A stretch of 64,000 nt of DNA, from contig CAWCFX010000003.1 in NCBI GenBank assembly GCA_963795085.1, forward strand, positions 320,001-384,000, given 5' to 3'. This document shows positions 31,059 to 40,681 of the stretch, one piece after another. Source of the DNA: an uncultured Gemmatimonadales bacterium (GTDB lineage Bacteria > Gemmatimonadota > Gemmatimonadetes > Gemmatimonadales > GWC2-71-9). A model generated the notes under the pieces. It had not been told where the DNA came from. It saw only the letters and a list, made by a program, of their open reading frames with translations, and did not search any database. The first letter of the stretch is position 1. The number at the start of each line of letters is the position of its first letter. The translations under genes and the position numbers were made by a program.

Positions 31059-32321
31059 CCCCGTGAGCATCCGGGCAAACCGGGCTTCCCCCCACACCAG
31101 CGCCGTCACGGCACCGGCGGCGTCGGTCTCCACCCGCACGGTCGCATAGTCCTGGGGCGAGAAGAAGGTGCTGTCGCTGGTAGGGATCAGGGCGTAGGTC
31201 CCCATCAGCCCCAGGGTCGGTGATGCAAAGGACAGCGGGACCGGCCCACCGATCTGATAGTCGCCTGAGTAGCGACGCTGGAGGTCGGCGCTGAGGGCGA
31301 TTGGAGTGACAGCAGGCATAACCGGGGGAGCCACCGCCTCGCCCCGGGCCAGGCGTACCATGTCCCGCCTGAGGAAGTCCACGGCCCCGGTCGCGAGGTT
31401 CCCGGCGAAGATGACCGTGATCCCATCGCCAGCGGTGTAGTCAGCGAAGGCCCGGTATCCGTTGGTGACACCGGCCCAGCTGAAGTCGCCATTCGCCGAG
31501 GCAAGGCGCCGCTGGGCGGATTCTCCATATCCACCGGCGACCAGCCGCCGCATGATACGGAACAAGTCCCCGGGCGTCGTATAGACCGACCCGGCGCCGA
31601 CGAGAAAGGAAAGATCCTTGGCCGGCGCCGGGACCAATCCACGCGAGCCATGGACCAGGCTGGCCGGGGCATTTCGCGGACTCCCCAGGGTCGCGTCGCG
31701 GGTCCCGGCCGCGCCCGCCGGCGCGAGCACGACGCTGTCCAGCAGCCGGGCGTAGGATGCTCTTCCCGCCAGTTCCAGCACCCGGGCCAGCACCGAATAC
31801 CCCGCAGAGCTGTATAGGCGGGTCGAGTCGGGCGAAAAGACGGGCGAGGCCAGGGCAACGAGACGGACCATGTCGCTGGCCGTGCGCCGGGTATTCTCGT
31901 CATCCGGCTGGGTCACCCGGTGGGGAATTCCGCTACGGTGCTGCATCAGCATGTCCACGGTGATCCGGCCGGCCCGGGGAAAACCTGGCAGCCAGGTGCC
32001 GATCGTGTCTGTGAGGGACAGGCGGCCGGCCTCAATCAGGCGCATGGCCAGGATCACGGTGAGAGGCTTGGTGAGTGATGCGACCGCGTAGGGGGTATCG
32101 GTGCGGTTCCCGGCCCCGAAGGCCCGGTGATAGAGGATCTCATCCCCCCGCGCGACGAGGACGGTGCCGGAGAGCTGGTTGGCCCGGACCAGGTCGGCGG
32201 CCCAGGCATCGGCCGCGCGGGCCATCTCGGCCGGCTGGCGGGGCTGCTGGCCCTCGGCGAGTGCGGCGTAGAACATGGCGAGAACGAGCGCGCGCGTTAC
32301 CCTGAGGACTGACGTCCGCAT
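31050..32321 (-). CDS. serine hydrolase (beta-lactamase-like)
   Basis: SLTK, LMQHRSG, YSS; signal peptide; stop codon lies inside a family A left arm. Confidence 0.85.
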   Translation of the reverse strand: MRTSVLRVTRALVLAMFYAALAEGQQPRQPAEMARAADAWAADLVRANQLSGTVLVARGDEILYHRAFGAGNRTDTPYAVASLTKPLTVILAMRLIEAGRLSLTDTIGTWLPGFPRAGRITVDMLMQHRSGIPHRVTQPDDENTRRTASDMVRLVALASPVFSPDSTRLYSSAGYSVLARVLELAGRASYARLLDSVVLAPAGAAGTRDATLGSPRNAPASLVHGSRGLVPAPAKDLSFLVGAGSVYTTPGDLFRIMRRLVAGGYGESAQRRLASANGDFSWAGVTNGYRAFADYTAGDGITVIFAGNLATGAVDFLRRDMVRLARGEAVAPPVMPAVTPIALSADLQRRYSGDYQIGGPVPLSFASPTLGLMGTYALIPTSDSTFFSPQDYATVRVETDAAGAVTALVWGEARFARMLTGVR

Positions 32322-32457
32322 TCCGGCCCCCTGGAGGAGATGAGTGATCGAATGCGTGGTTGGATACGTCGAGCGCCGGGAACGTTGCCGCGGGAGGGGC
32401 CGGTCTGTGAGCGATGGGAGAGCAGAGATGTGCTAACTTTTTGAAATCGTACCACGC

Positions 32458-32912
32458 CGCGGTGAGCGGGCGTTGAGATTGCCTACCCGCACACTTCGAT
32501 GCGCTTCACCGCAGAGGATGCCGATTGAACTGAGAGTTTCGGAGAAACAGCCTTGGGGATGTTGCTGCGAACTCCGCGCGACCTCTGCGCAATCTGCGGT
32601 GGAGCGGTTGCTGTGGCGGGTGTGCGGGCGTCGAGATCGCATCCCCGCAGGCTTCGATGCGCTTCACCGGTGGAGTGGTTGCTGTTGCGGGTGAGGGGGC
32701 ATCGCGTTCGCTTCCCCGCACGCCTCGATGCGTTTTAACGCAGAGGACGCGGATTGAACTGAGCGTCGCAGAGAACAACCTTTCGGGTGTTCCTGCGAAC
32801 TCCGCGCGACCTCGGGGAACTCTGCGGTGAAGTGGATGCCTTGAGTCCGATGGTATTCTGTCTCCGCGGTCTTTCGGTTGGCCCGGCCTTCTCTGCGTTA
32901 GGGCGCCTCGAA
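32458..32912 (+). repeat. family A palindromic repeat array (two filled units, one empty unit)
   Basis: Tandem linker+hairpin units starting near 32494, 32652 (empty) and 32724. Confidence 0.88.
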
Positions 32913-33033
32913 ACGCCACTTCCGATGGTCCCTCCACCCACAGTCACCGGGGCTTCCCCGAGGTTGCCCGAAACCCTGCGCAGGGCGACATTTAGCCACT
33001 TCAGTTGCACTCCCCGACATAACCGGAGCATTG

Positions 33034-35982
33034 ATGGCGGTCGCCGCGCGCGCATGCCCTGCCTGTAAGACTCCTTTACCCGAGGAGGCCCAGTTCTGCC
33101 TCCGCTGCGGCCTCGCCACCCCGACCGATCCCGGCGTGCCGCCCCGCACCGGCGCCACCGGCGTGGTCGAGGTCAGCCAGGTGAAGCGGGCCCTGGCCAG
33201 CCGCTACAAGGTGGAGCGGGTACTGGGCGAGGGGGGCATGGCGACGGTCTATCTCGCCCACGACCTCAAGTACCAGCGCAGCGTGGCGGTCAAGGTGATG
33301 CGGCCGGAGCTGGCCTCCACTCTCGGCGCCGACCGGTTTCTCCGCGAGGTCCAGATCGCCGCCCGGCTCACCCACCCCCACATCCTGCCCATGTACGAGT
33401 CGGGCGAGGCCGAGGGGCTGCTGTACTATGTCATGCCCTACGTGGAGGGCGAGACGCTCAGAGACCGGCTGCGCCGCGAGTCCCAGCTTCCCGTCGAGGA
33501 CGCGCTCAAGATCGCCCGGGAGATCTCAGAAGCCCTCGCCTACGCCCACGCCCAGGGCATCATCCACCGCGATATCAAGCCGGCCAACATCCTGCTGGGC
33601 GGCGGCCACGCCATGGTCGCCGACTTCGGCATCGCCCGCGCGGTCACCGCGACCGCCACGGAACCGCTCACCCAGACCGGGCTGGCGGTGGGGACGCCGC
33701 AGTACATGTCGCCCGAGCAGGCCATGGGCGACCGCGAGGTGGATGCCCGCGCCGACATCTACGCGGTGGGCGCCCTCCTCTACGAGATGATCGCCGGGGA
33801 GCCGCCCTTCACCGGGCCCACCCCCCGCGCGATCGTCACCCGGAGCATGACGGAGGACCCCCGCTCGCTCACCGCCTCCCGCGCGGGTCTGTTCCCTGAC
33901 GTAGATCGCGTCGCCCTGAAGGCGCTGGCCAAGAGCCCCGCCGACCGTTACCCGACCGCCACTGCCCTCGCGGCCGCGCTCGACCTGGCGATGGAAGCTA
34001 CCCGGAGCGGTGCCCGGCCGGTCGCCGTGGCCAGCGGCCCCGCCCCGCTCCAGGTACTCCTCCTCTTCCTCCTCGCCGGCACCGCGGTGCTGGCCGTGGC
34101 CTACGCCCTGGTGCGGAAGGTCGGCCTGCCCGGATGGATGTTCCTGCTGGCCGTCGCCCTGATGCTGGCCGGGCTTCCTATCATGCTGCTGACCGCGCGC
34201 GCAGAACGTCGCCGGGAAGGAGGCCGGGACGAACCCGGGATCCGCCGACTCCTCACCTGGCGAAATGGGCTGGCAGGCGGCGTCCTCGCCTTTGCCGCCT
34301 GGGGCGTCCTCGCGGCAGCCCTCGTCCTCCAGAGCCCCGCCGTGGCGGGCGCGGCCCCGGAAGGCGCCCGGCTCGCCGTCCTCCCGTTCACCAATCGAGG
34401 AGCGCCCGAGGATGCCTACTTCGCCGACGGAATCGCGGACGAACTCCGCGGCAAGCTGGCGGGGCTGGGACGCTTCCAGCTCACGGCCCGGACCAGCTCC
34501 GACCAGTACCGGGAGAGCACCAAGTCCCCCCAGGAGATCGGCCGGGAACTGGGCGTGGATTACCTGCTCACCGCCACCGTCCGCTGGGCCAAGGCGGCCG
34601 ACGGGACCGGCCGGGTCCAGGTGGTGCCCGAACTGATCGACACCCGGACCGGCGACATCACCTGGCAGCAGTCGTACGATGCCAACCTCACCGATGTCTT
34701 CCAGGTACAGACCCAGATCGCCAGCCGGGTGGCGGGCGCCCTCGGCGTGGCGCTGGGCAGCCGGGAACAGGTCCAGCTGGCCGAGCGGCCGACCGACAAC
34801 CTGGCGGCCTACGATCTCTACCTCAAAGGGATGGCCACGTCCAGCACGGATCCGGCCAGCCTGCGCCGGGCCATTGCGTTCTTCGAACAGGCCACCGCGC
34901 TGGATTCCACCTTTGCCGAGGCCTGGACCCAGCTCAGCGGCTCCCTTGGAACCCTGTACACCAACAGCGTCCCCGATCCCCAGGTGGGTCAGCGGGCGCT
35001 GGCGGCCGCCGAGCGTGCCCTGAGACTGGATCCGGATGGATCCCAGGGCCACCGGGCGCTGGCCCGCTATCACATCAGCGTCACCAAGAACCTGGCCGAA
35101 GCGGAGCGCCATCTCAGCCAGGCGCTCAGCCTGGAGCCCAATAATCCCGACTATCTGGCGTTGGCGGGAGCGATTGAGCGGACCTCAGGACGCTACGAGG
35201 AGGCCCTGTCCCACATGCAGCAGGCATTCCGGCTGGACCCCCGGTCCATCCGGAACGCCATTCGGCTGCAGAACACCTACCTCTGGCTCCGGCGGTACCC
35301 CGAGGCGCTGCAGGCGAGCGAAGCGGCCCTGGCACTGGCACCAGGGGATCTGAGTATCAGCCAGGACAAGGCCATGGTCTACCTCGCCCAGGGGGACCTC
35401 GCCGGCGCGCGGGAGGTGATTCGGCAGGTCTCTCCCACCGTCGTCATGCCGGACCTGGTCGCCTTCTTCGGCGTGTACTGGGACATGTACTGGGTCCTGG
35501 AGGATCCTCAGCAGGAGTTGCTGCTCCGGCTCACGCCCACGGCGTTCGACAACGACCGGGGTTCATGGGCGACGGTCATGATGCAGCTTCACTGGCTCCG
35601 CGGGGACCGCACCCGGGCCCGGGCCTACGCCGACAGCGCCCTGCGGGAGATCCAGGTCCAGATTCGCGGGGCACCCGACGACGGACAGCGGCATGTGATC
35701 GGCGCGCTGGCACTGGCGTACCTGGGCCGGAAGGCCGAAGCCATCGCCCAGGGACAGAGAGGCATCGCGCTCAGCCCCATCAGCGTGGACCACGTGAACG
35801 GGCCCTATTACCAGCACCTGATGGCGCGGATCTATCTGCGGGTCGGTGAGCCGGAGAAGGCGATCGACATGCTGGAGCCGCTGCTCCGGATGCCGTACTT
35901 TCTGTCGCCGGGGTGGCTCCGGGTGGATCCCACCTTTGCGGAGCTCAAGGGGAATCCGCGGTACGATCGTTTGCTTCGGTAA
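33034..35982 (+). CDS. Hanks-type Ser/Thr kinase with zinc ribbon, TMs, TolB_N-like and TPR domains
   Basis: CPAC..CLRC, LGEGGMATVY, VAVK, HRDIKPAN, DFG, GTPQYMSPEQ, LAVLPF. Confidence 0.93.
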   Translation: MAVAARACPACKTPLPEEAQFCLRCGLATPTDPGVPPRTGATGVVEVSQVKRALASRYKVERVLGEGGMATVYLAHDLKYQRSVAVKVMRPELASTLGADRFLREVQIAARLTHPHILPMYESGEAEGLLYYVMPYVEGETLRDRLRRESQLPVEDALKIAREISEALAYAHAQGIIHRDIKPANILLGGGHAMVADFGIARAVTATATEPLTQTGLAVGTPQYMSPEQAMGDREVDARADIYAVGALLYEMIAGEPPFTGPTPRAIVTRSMTEDPRSLTASRAGLFPDVDRVALKALAKSPADRYPTATALAAALDLAMEATRSGARPVAVASGPAPLQVLLLFLLAGTAVLAVAYALVRKVGLPGWMFLLAVALMLAGLPIMLLTARAERRREGGRDEPGIRRLLTWRNGLAGGVLAFAAWGVLAAALVLQSPAVAGAAPEGARLAVLPFTNRGAPEDAYFADGIADELRGKLAGLGRFQLTARTSSDQYRESTKSPQEIGRELGVDYLLTATVRWAKAADGTGRVQVVPELIDTRTGDITWQQSYDANLTDVFQVQTQIASRVAGALGVALGSREQVQLAERPTDNLAAYDLYLKGMATSSTDPASLRRAIAFFEQATALDSTFAEAWTQLSGSLGTLYTNSVPDPQVGQRALAAAERALRLDPDGSQGHRALARYHISVTKNLAEAERHLSQALSLEPNNPDYLALAGAIERTSGRYEEALSHMQQAFRLDPRSIRNAIRLQNTYLWLRRYPEALQASEAALALAPGDLSISQDKAMVYLAQGDLAGAREVIRQVSPTVVMPDLVAFFGVYWDMYWVLEDPQQELLLRLTPTAFDNDRGSWATVMMQLHWLRGDRTRARAYADSALREIQVQIRGAPDDGQRHVIGALALAYLGRKAEAIAQGQRGIALSPISVDHVNGPYYQHLMARIYLRVGEPEKAIDMLEPLLRMPYFLSPGWLRVDPTFAELKGNPRYDRLLR

Positions 35983-36002
35983 AACGTCTGGCGGCGGACG
36001 GC

Positions 36003-36118
36003 GGGTCGCTCTTAGCGACCGTGCCTGCTCAGGGTGCGGGTCAGCAGCATCGCTTCCGTGCCGGTGCCGAGGCGCATCAACGCGAGGGGCGCCAGGTAAA
36101 CAAGACCTGAGAAACATT
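36003..36118 (+). repeat. hybrid family B/A repeat remnant
   Basis: GGTCGCTCTTAGCGACCGTGC (B) joined to GGGTGCGGG..GCATCGCTTCC..CGAGGCGCATCAACGC (A). Confidence 0.65.
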
Positions 36119-36461
36119 GGCGATTGGTCAATGTCCACCGCCTAGCCATACCGCCTTTCCCGCCGGGAGCCGCGACCCGGGCACACAGGACGACCCGGTC
36201 GCCACCAGGGCCATCACCAGGGGAACCAGCAGCAGCCAGCGCCCCCGGCCCCAATGCAGCCCGAAGCCACGGGCGACCGGGACACCTGGCCCGACCGCAG
36301 GTCCTCGTGCGCCTCCTCCGCCCGGTCCTACCGCCCATTCTGACCGCCCTATTTGCTCCCCCGCCCGGGAGCGAAACGTGATCCCGGTCACATCTCAGCA
36401 TGCTCCGGCTGGCCAGAAATGGTTCACGTCATCCCGCACCGCGGTAGCTCACCCTCACACG

Positions 36462-36503
36462 TGCAACCATTTAGTTGCATATATCCCGGCCCCCCGCTAT
36501 GAT
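36462..36503 (+). promoter_or_regulatory. sigma70-type promoter with palindromic operator over the -35
   Basis: TGCAAC-CATTTA-GTTGCA (36462-36479); TTGCAT-17 bp-TATGAT. Confidence 0.7.
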
Positions 36504-36559
36504 ACTCAACGGTACCGTTGCCTGACTATGCGACCCCAGGAGGCTCCTGACAGTTCGCC

Positions 36560-37255
36560 ATGCCTGACCACGCATCTCCGGATCCGCCCACCAGCCGCCC
36601 CGCGGTGGCCGCCGCCGCTCTCGCCATGACCCTCGGGATCGGGGCCGCCGCCTGGATGGTGACGCTCCGCCAGGTGCGCAGCATGGACACGGGGGACACC
36701 GCCAGCCTCGGCCCTTTCGCGTCGTTCGTCGGCGCCTGGGCCGTGATGATGGCGGCGATGATGCTCCCGGCCGCCGCCCCCGCGGTGCTCCGGCTGGCCA
36801 GGGCCCGGGGCCGGGTCCTCGTGGTGCTTCGCTTTCTCGGGTCCTACCTGGCCGTCTGGACGTTCATCGGGGTGGTGATCTTTGCGCTGTACCGCCCGCC
36901 CGAATCCACCCTGGCCGGCCTGCTGTTGATCGCGGCCGGGATCTACGAACTGACCCCCGTCAAAGGGGAGTACCGGAGGCGGTGCCGGGAGACGGTCGGG
37001 TCGGGATGGCGGTTCGGGCTCGACTGCGCCGGCTCGAGCATCGGCCTGATGCTGGTGCTGCTGGCCCTGGGCATCATGAGTCTCGCCTGGATGATCGTGG
37101 TGACCGTCCTGGTCCTGGTCCAGAAGGTCTTGCCGGCGCGGCGCGCCATCGACGTGCCGCTGGCCCTGGGCCTGGTCGCCCTGGGGCTGGTGATCCTCAT
37201 CGCCCCGTCCTCGATCGGCCTCGTCGCCTCCATGCCGGCGATGCCGCACAGGTGA
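36560..37255 (+). CDS. DUF2182 family membrane protein
   Basis: WAVMMAAMMLP, YELTPVK, GLDCAGS..LM..GIMSLAWM. Confidence 0.85.
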   Translation: MPDHASPDPPTSRPAVAAAALAMTLGIGAAAWMVTLRQVRSMDTGDTASLGPFASFVGAWAVMMAAMMLPAAAPAVLRLARARGRVLVVLRFLGSYLAVWTFIGVVIFALYRPPESTLAGLLLIAAGIYELTPVKGEYRRRCRETVGSGWRFGLDCAGSSIGLMLVLLALGIMSLAWMIVVTVLVLVQKVLPARRAIDVPLALGLVALGLVILIAPSSIGLVASMPAMPHR

Positions 37256-37301
37256 CCGGCCGGCGTCGCCGGCTGCTGCGATTACCTCAAGGAGATTGTC
37301 A

Positions 37302-38078
37302 ATGACATCGCATACGACCGGAACCCGGGAGGAATGGCGCAGCGCCCGGATCGCCCTCCTCAAGGCCGAGAAGGAGTTGACCCGCAAGGGCGACGAACTG
37401 GCCCGGCAACGGCAGGCGCTGCCCTGGGTTCGGATTGATAAGCCGTATCGCTTCGACACCGACCAGGGACCGGCCACCCTCGCCGATCTCTTCCAGGGCC
37501 GGTCCCAGCTCCTGGTGTACCATTTCATGTTCGGCCCCGATTATACGGCGGGCTGTCCGGCCTGCTCGTCCATCGCCGACGGGTTCAACGGGCCCCACGT
37601 CCACCTGGCGAATCACGACGTCATGTTCTGGGCGGTCTCCCGGGCGCCGCTCCCGAAGCTCATGGCCTACCGGAAACGGATGGGCTGGAGTTTCCCCTGG
37701 GCCTCCTCCGCGACCACGGACTTCAACCACGACTTCCAGGTCTACTTTACCGAGGAAGAGCAGCGGACGGGGGAGGTCGAGTACAACTACCGGAAGTCGG
37801 GCCACAGTTCCCGGAAGGACATCGAGGAGCAGGCCGAGCCACCCGAAGGGAAGAAGATCGCGGCGACGACCGGCACCGACTGGGCGACCTACACTCGCGA
37901 GGCACCCGGCATGAGCGCCTTCGCGCTGGAGGACGGGGTGGTCTATCACACCTATTCCGCCTTCGCACGCGGGGTGGACGGGCTCTGGGGCATGTACCAG
38001 TGGCTCGACCGGGCGCCCCAGGGGCGGAACGAGTCGGATTTCTGGATCCGCCGCCACGACGAGTACGGCCACCCATGA
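37302..38078 (+). CDS. DUF899 family thioredoxin-like protein
   Basis: RQALPWV, LFQGRSQL.VYHFMF, CPACS, MGWSFPW, LDRAPQGRNE. Confidence 0.92.
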   Translation: MTSHTTGTREEWRSARIALLKAEKELTRKGDELARQRQALPWVRIDKPYRFDTDQGPATLADLFQGRSQLLVYHFMFGPDYTAGCPACSSIADGFNGPHVHLANHDVMFWAVSRAPLPKLMAYRKRMGWSFPWASSATTDFNHDFQVYFTEEEQRTGEVEYNYRKSGHSSRKDIEEQAEPPEGKKIAATTGTDWATYTREAPGMSAFALEDGVVYHTYSAFARGVDGLWGMYQWLDRAPQGRNESDFWIRRHDEYGHP

Positions 38079-38521
38079 GTCCCGACCGGATTGAAACGAG
38101 GGTCGAGGTCCTGGCTCCACGCACCCGGGTCTGGCGCGCGGTCGCCGACGCCGGAGAGTTCGGCAACTGGTTCGGCATGAAGCTGGATGGCGACTTCAGG
38201 GTCGGCGCGACCGTGCGGGGCCGGCTCACGGTCAAGGGCTTCGAGCATGCTTCGATCGACCTGACGATCGTCGCCATCGAACCGGAACACTACTTCGCCT
38301 ACCGCTGGCATCCCTACGCGGTGGATCCCGCGGTGGACTACTCCGCGGAACCGACGACGCTGGTCGAGTTCCGGCTGGAGGAGACGGCCGGCGGGACGGC
38401 CCTGCTGATCGTCGAATCGGGTTTCGACCGGCTTCCCCCGGCGCGGCAGGCGGAGGCGTTCCGCATGAACCAGCAGGGGTGGGCCGGGCAGTCGAAGAAC
38501 CTGGTACGGTATGTCGGCTAG
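38075..38521 (+). CDS. SRPBCC/Aha1 domain protein
   Basis: APRTRVWRAV, FAYRWHP, TLVEFRL, ESGFD, GW; ATGA overlap. Confidence 0.88.
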   Translation: MSPDRIETRVEVLAPRTRVWRAVADAGEFGNWFGMKLDGDFRVGATVRGRLTVKGFEHASIDLTIVAIEPEHYFAYRWHPYAVDPAVDYSAEPTTLVEFRLEETAGGTALLIVESGFDRLPPARQAEAFRMNQQGWAGQSKNLVRYVG

Positions 38522-38876
38522 CCGGAGCGGAGCCCTGCGAAAGACCGCCGCACCGGGCGCCGTTCCCGCCGCGGCGCCGCTCTTTGCCGCGCTGGGCGAC
38601 CCGACCCGGCTCGGCCTCATCCGCCGGCTCTCCGCTGACGGCCCGCTCTCGATCACCCGGTTGAGCCAGGGCACCGGCGTCACCCGCCAGGCCATCACCC
38701 GGCACCTGCGGACCCTCGAGTCCGCCGGTTTGGTGCATGACGCGCGGCGCGGGCGGGAGCGGGTGTTCTCGCTGGATCTCAAGCGGCTGGAGCGGGCCCG
38801 GGCCTATCTCGACCAGGTCGCCCTGCAATGGCAGGCCGCCGCGATCCGGCTGAAGGCGTTCGTGGAGAAGGAGTAG
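38511..38876 (+). CDS. ArsR/SmtB family transcriptional regulator
   Basis: FAALGDPTR, TRQAITRHL..L..AGLV, GRE. Confidence 0.88.
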   Translation: MSASRSGALRKTAAPGAVPAAAPLFAALGDPTRLGLIRRLSADGPLSITRLSQGTGVTRQAITRHLRTLESAGLVHDARRGRERVFSLDLKRLERARAYLDQVALQWQAAAIRLKAFVEKE

Positions 38877-38962
38877 CTGACGGACGCCGGCCGCAGTACG
38901 ACGGTGTTGGTGGAAGACAATCATGCAATCCTTTGGAATTCATTCAACGAGGTATGGTTCCC

Positions 38963-39475
38963 ATGACCGCAATACACGCAACCGCGAGAGAGACTGATAT
39001 TTTCCGAAACCAGGGCCAGGCGGTGGACACGACCGTGAAGCTCAACCTGGCCGGCATCACCCACGAGGAGAGCCTGATCCAGCCCGAGCCGGGCGGGAAT
39101 TGCATCAACTGGGTGCTCGGTCACTTGCTGAGCATCTACAACCAGGCCCTTCCCCTGCTGGGCCAGGAACCGGCCCTCGATCAGGCCACCATCACCCGCT
39201 ATGCGCGGGGATCCGACGCGATCACCGATCCCGCCCAGGCCAGGCGGTTTGAGGATTTGCGGACGGCATGGGACACCACGGTACAGCGGATCGACGCCGG
39301 CCTGGCGGGGTTGACTCCCGAGGGGCTGGACCGCCGGGTGCCGCCGGAGGGAAATGCCGAACCGGGGGAGACGGTGCGCGATACGTTGAGCGTCCTGATG
39401 TTCCACCAGGGGTATCACGCGGGGCAGACCGGCGTGTTGCGGCGGCTGGTGGGAAAGACGGGGGCGATCAAGTAG
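38963..39475 (+). CDS. DinB family protein
   Basis: NCINWVLGH, FHQGYHAGQ. Confidence 0.85.
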   Translation: MTAIHATARETDIFRNQGQAVDTTVKLNLAGITHEESLIQPEPGGNCINWVLGHLLSIYNQALPLLGQEPALDQATITRYARGSDAITDPAQARRFEDLRTAWDTTVQRIDAGLAGLTPEGLDRRVPPEGNAEPGETVRDTLSVLMFHQGYHAGQTGVLRRLVGKTGAIK

Positions 39476-39512
39476 GGGGCGCGGACGACAGCGTGATGGG
39501 GCGGTAGCTCCA

Positions 39513-40021
39513 CCTCCTGTGCAGCGGCATTACTCCCAGGCGAGTTTCGACGCGCATTACCGCAGAGGACGCGGGGTAAACGGAGAGTTTCGCAGACGGG
39601 ACATTTGTGTCTCTGCGATCTCTCGGGTGCCCCTGCGCTCTCTGCGTTAGTGCGCCTCGACGCTATCCGCCACTGTGATCTGGCTGCCCGGGACCGCAGG
39701 CAGCGGTTCAGCAGCCCGGATTGGTCGCCAAGACCGTGAAGGGCGCCCCTGCCGGAATGTTACCCCTCCTGTGCAGCAGCATCACTGCCAGGCAGGGTTC
39801 GACGCGCATTAGCGCAGAGAACGCGGGGGAAACCAGGAGGTTCGCTGAAGAAAAGATGGTGTTCTCCTCTTCTGCGATCTCTGGTTTACCCCTGCGCTCT
39901 CTGCGTTGATGCGCCTCGGCGCTATCCGCCAGTGTAATCTGGCTGCCCCGGGACCGCAGGCAGCGGTTCAGCAGCCCGGATCGGCCGCCATGACCGTGAA
40001 GGGTGCACCCACGGGAATGTT
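39513..40021 (+). repeat. diverged tandem duplication (about 250-260 bp): family A hairpin plus cupin 3' end
   Basis: 39513-39761 aligns with 39765-40021. Confidence 0.88.
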
Positions 40022-40525
40022 GAACCGCGTGACCAGGACGATGGCCGTGTCCACGCTGGTGACGATGGCCCGGTGGACCTGGTCGCCCACCTCATAGTAC
40101 GCGTTCCCGGGAACGTATACCGGGGTCTCCACGCAGCCACCCTTGCCAAGGTAGCGCTCGAGCTTGATCTCGCCCTGGAGGACGTAGATGAAACTGGGCC
40201 CGGGATGGGTATGCCACATGCCCGCGCCGGGCGGGAACAGGGACTGCTGGATGACGATGTCCTTCACTTCCTCCGACCGTATTCCGAAGCCGGGCTGCTG
40301 GACGCGAATGGGACCCATGGGGGCCCGGAAGGTGAAGGGGGTCAGGGCGAGGGTGCTGACATCGGAGGTGACCGCGGAGGACATGTGGCCGGCGCCGGCA
40401 GACATGACCGGGGACAGGTCGGCGCCGGCTCCGGCGGGCGCCACGGGCGAGTCGTCCGAGCACCCGGCAAACCCGCCGATGGCGATAATCGTAAGACAAG
40501 CAATGGTGAGCATACGGCGTGACAT
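39968..40525 (-). CDS. cupin-domain lipoprotein
   Basis: Lipobox FAGC; WHTHPG..VLQGE..E..VH cupin motif; AGGAGG RBS. Confidence 0.85.
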   Translation of the reverse strand: MSRRMLTIACLTIIAIGGFAGCSDDSPVAPAGAGADLSPVMSAGAGHMSSAVTSDVSTLALTPFTFRAPMGPIRVQQPGFGIRSEEVKDIVIQQSLFPPGAGMWHTHPGPSFIYVLQGEIKLERYLGKGGCVETPVYVPGNAYYEVGDQVHRAIVTSVDTAIVLVTRFNIPVGAPFTVMAADPGC

Positions 40526-40607
40526 GGGGACCTCCTGCAATGGGGTGAGTCAGGAAACCGCTCCTCAGTACCTGTTGCCGCCGAGGGACAGCGGCTTAGG
40601 TTTGGAC

Positions 40608-40661
40608 AATCTTGACGACCCCCGTCACCCGTCAGTCGTCCGGCCGTCACCGCCGGGTGAC
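40608..40661 (-). promoter_or_regulatory. 11-bp-phased direct repeats plus -10-like hexamer (putative SARP-type operator)
   Basis: Plus-strand GTCA/GTCG/GTCA/GTGA at 40624, 40635, 40646, 40657; CAAGAT on minus strand at 40609-40614. Confidence 0.5.
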
Positions 40662-40681
40662 GCCTCCGCCGAACCGCCGCG

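Noticed and set aside
14751..32321. Three beta-lactamase-like genes as antibiotic-resistance genes
   Set aside because: Motifs support only generic serine hydrolases (HGG/HSG/WAG rather than the AmpC KTG triad); substrates unknown.
36128..36391. 87-aa minus-strand ORF with a hydrophobic stretch
   Set aside because: Gly/Arg-rich, no recognisable family or clear RBS; left uncalled.
39708..40021. Diversity-generating retroelement TR/VR pair
   Set aside because: Differences are not restricted to adenines, the pair is only 54 nt, and no reverse transcriptase is present.
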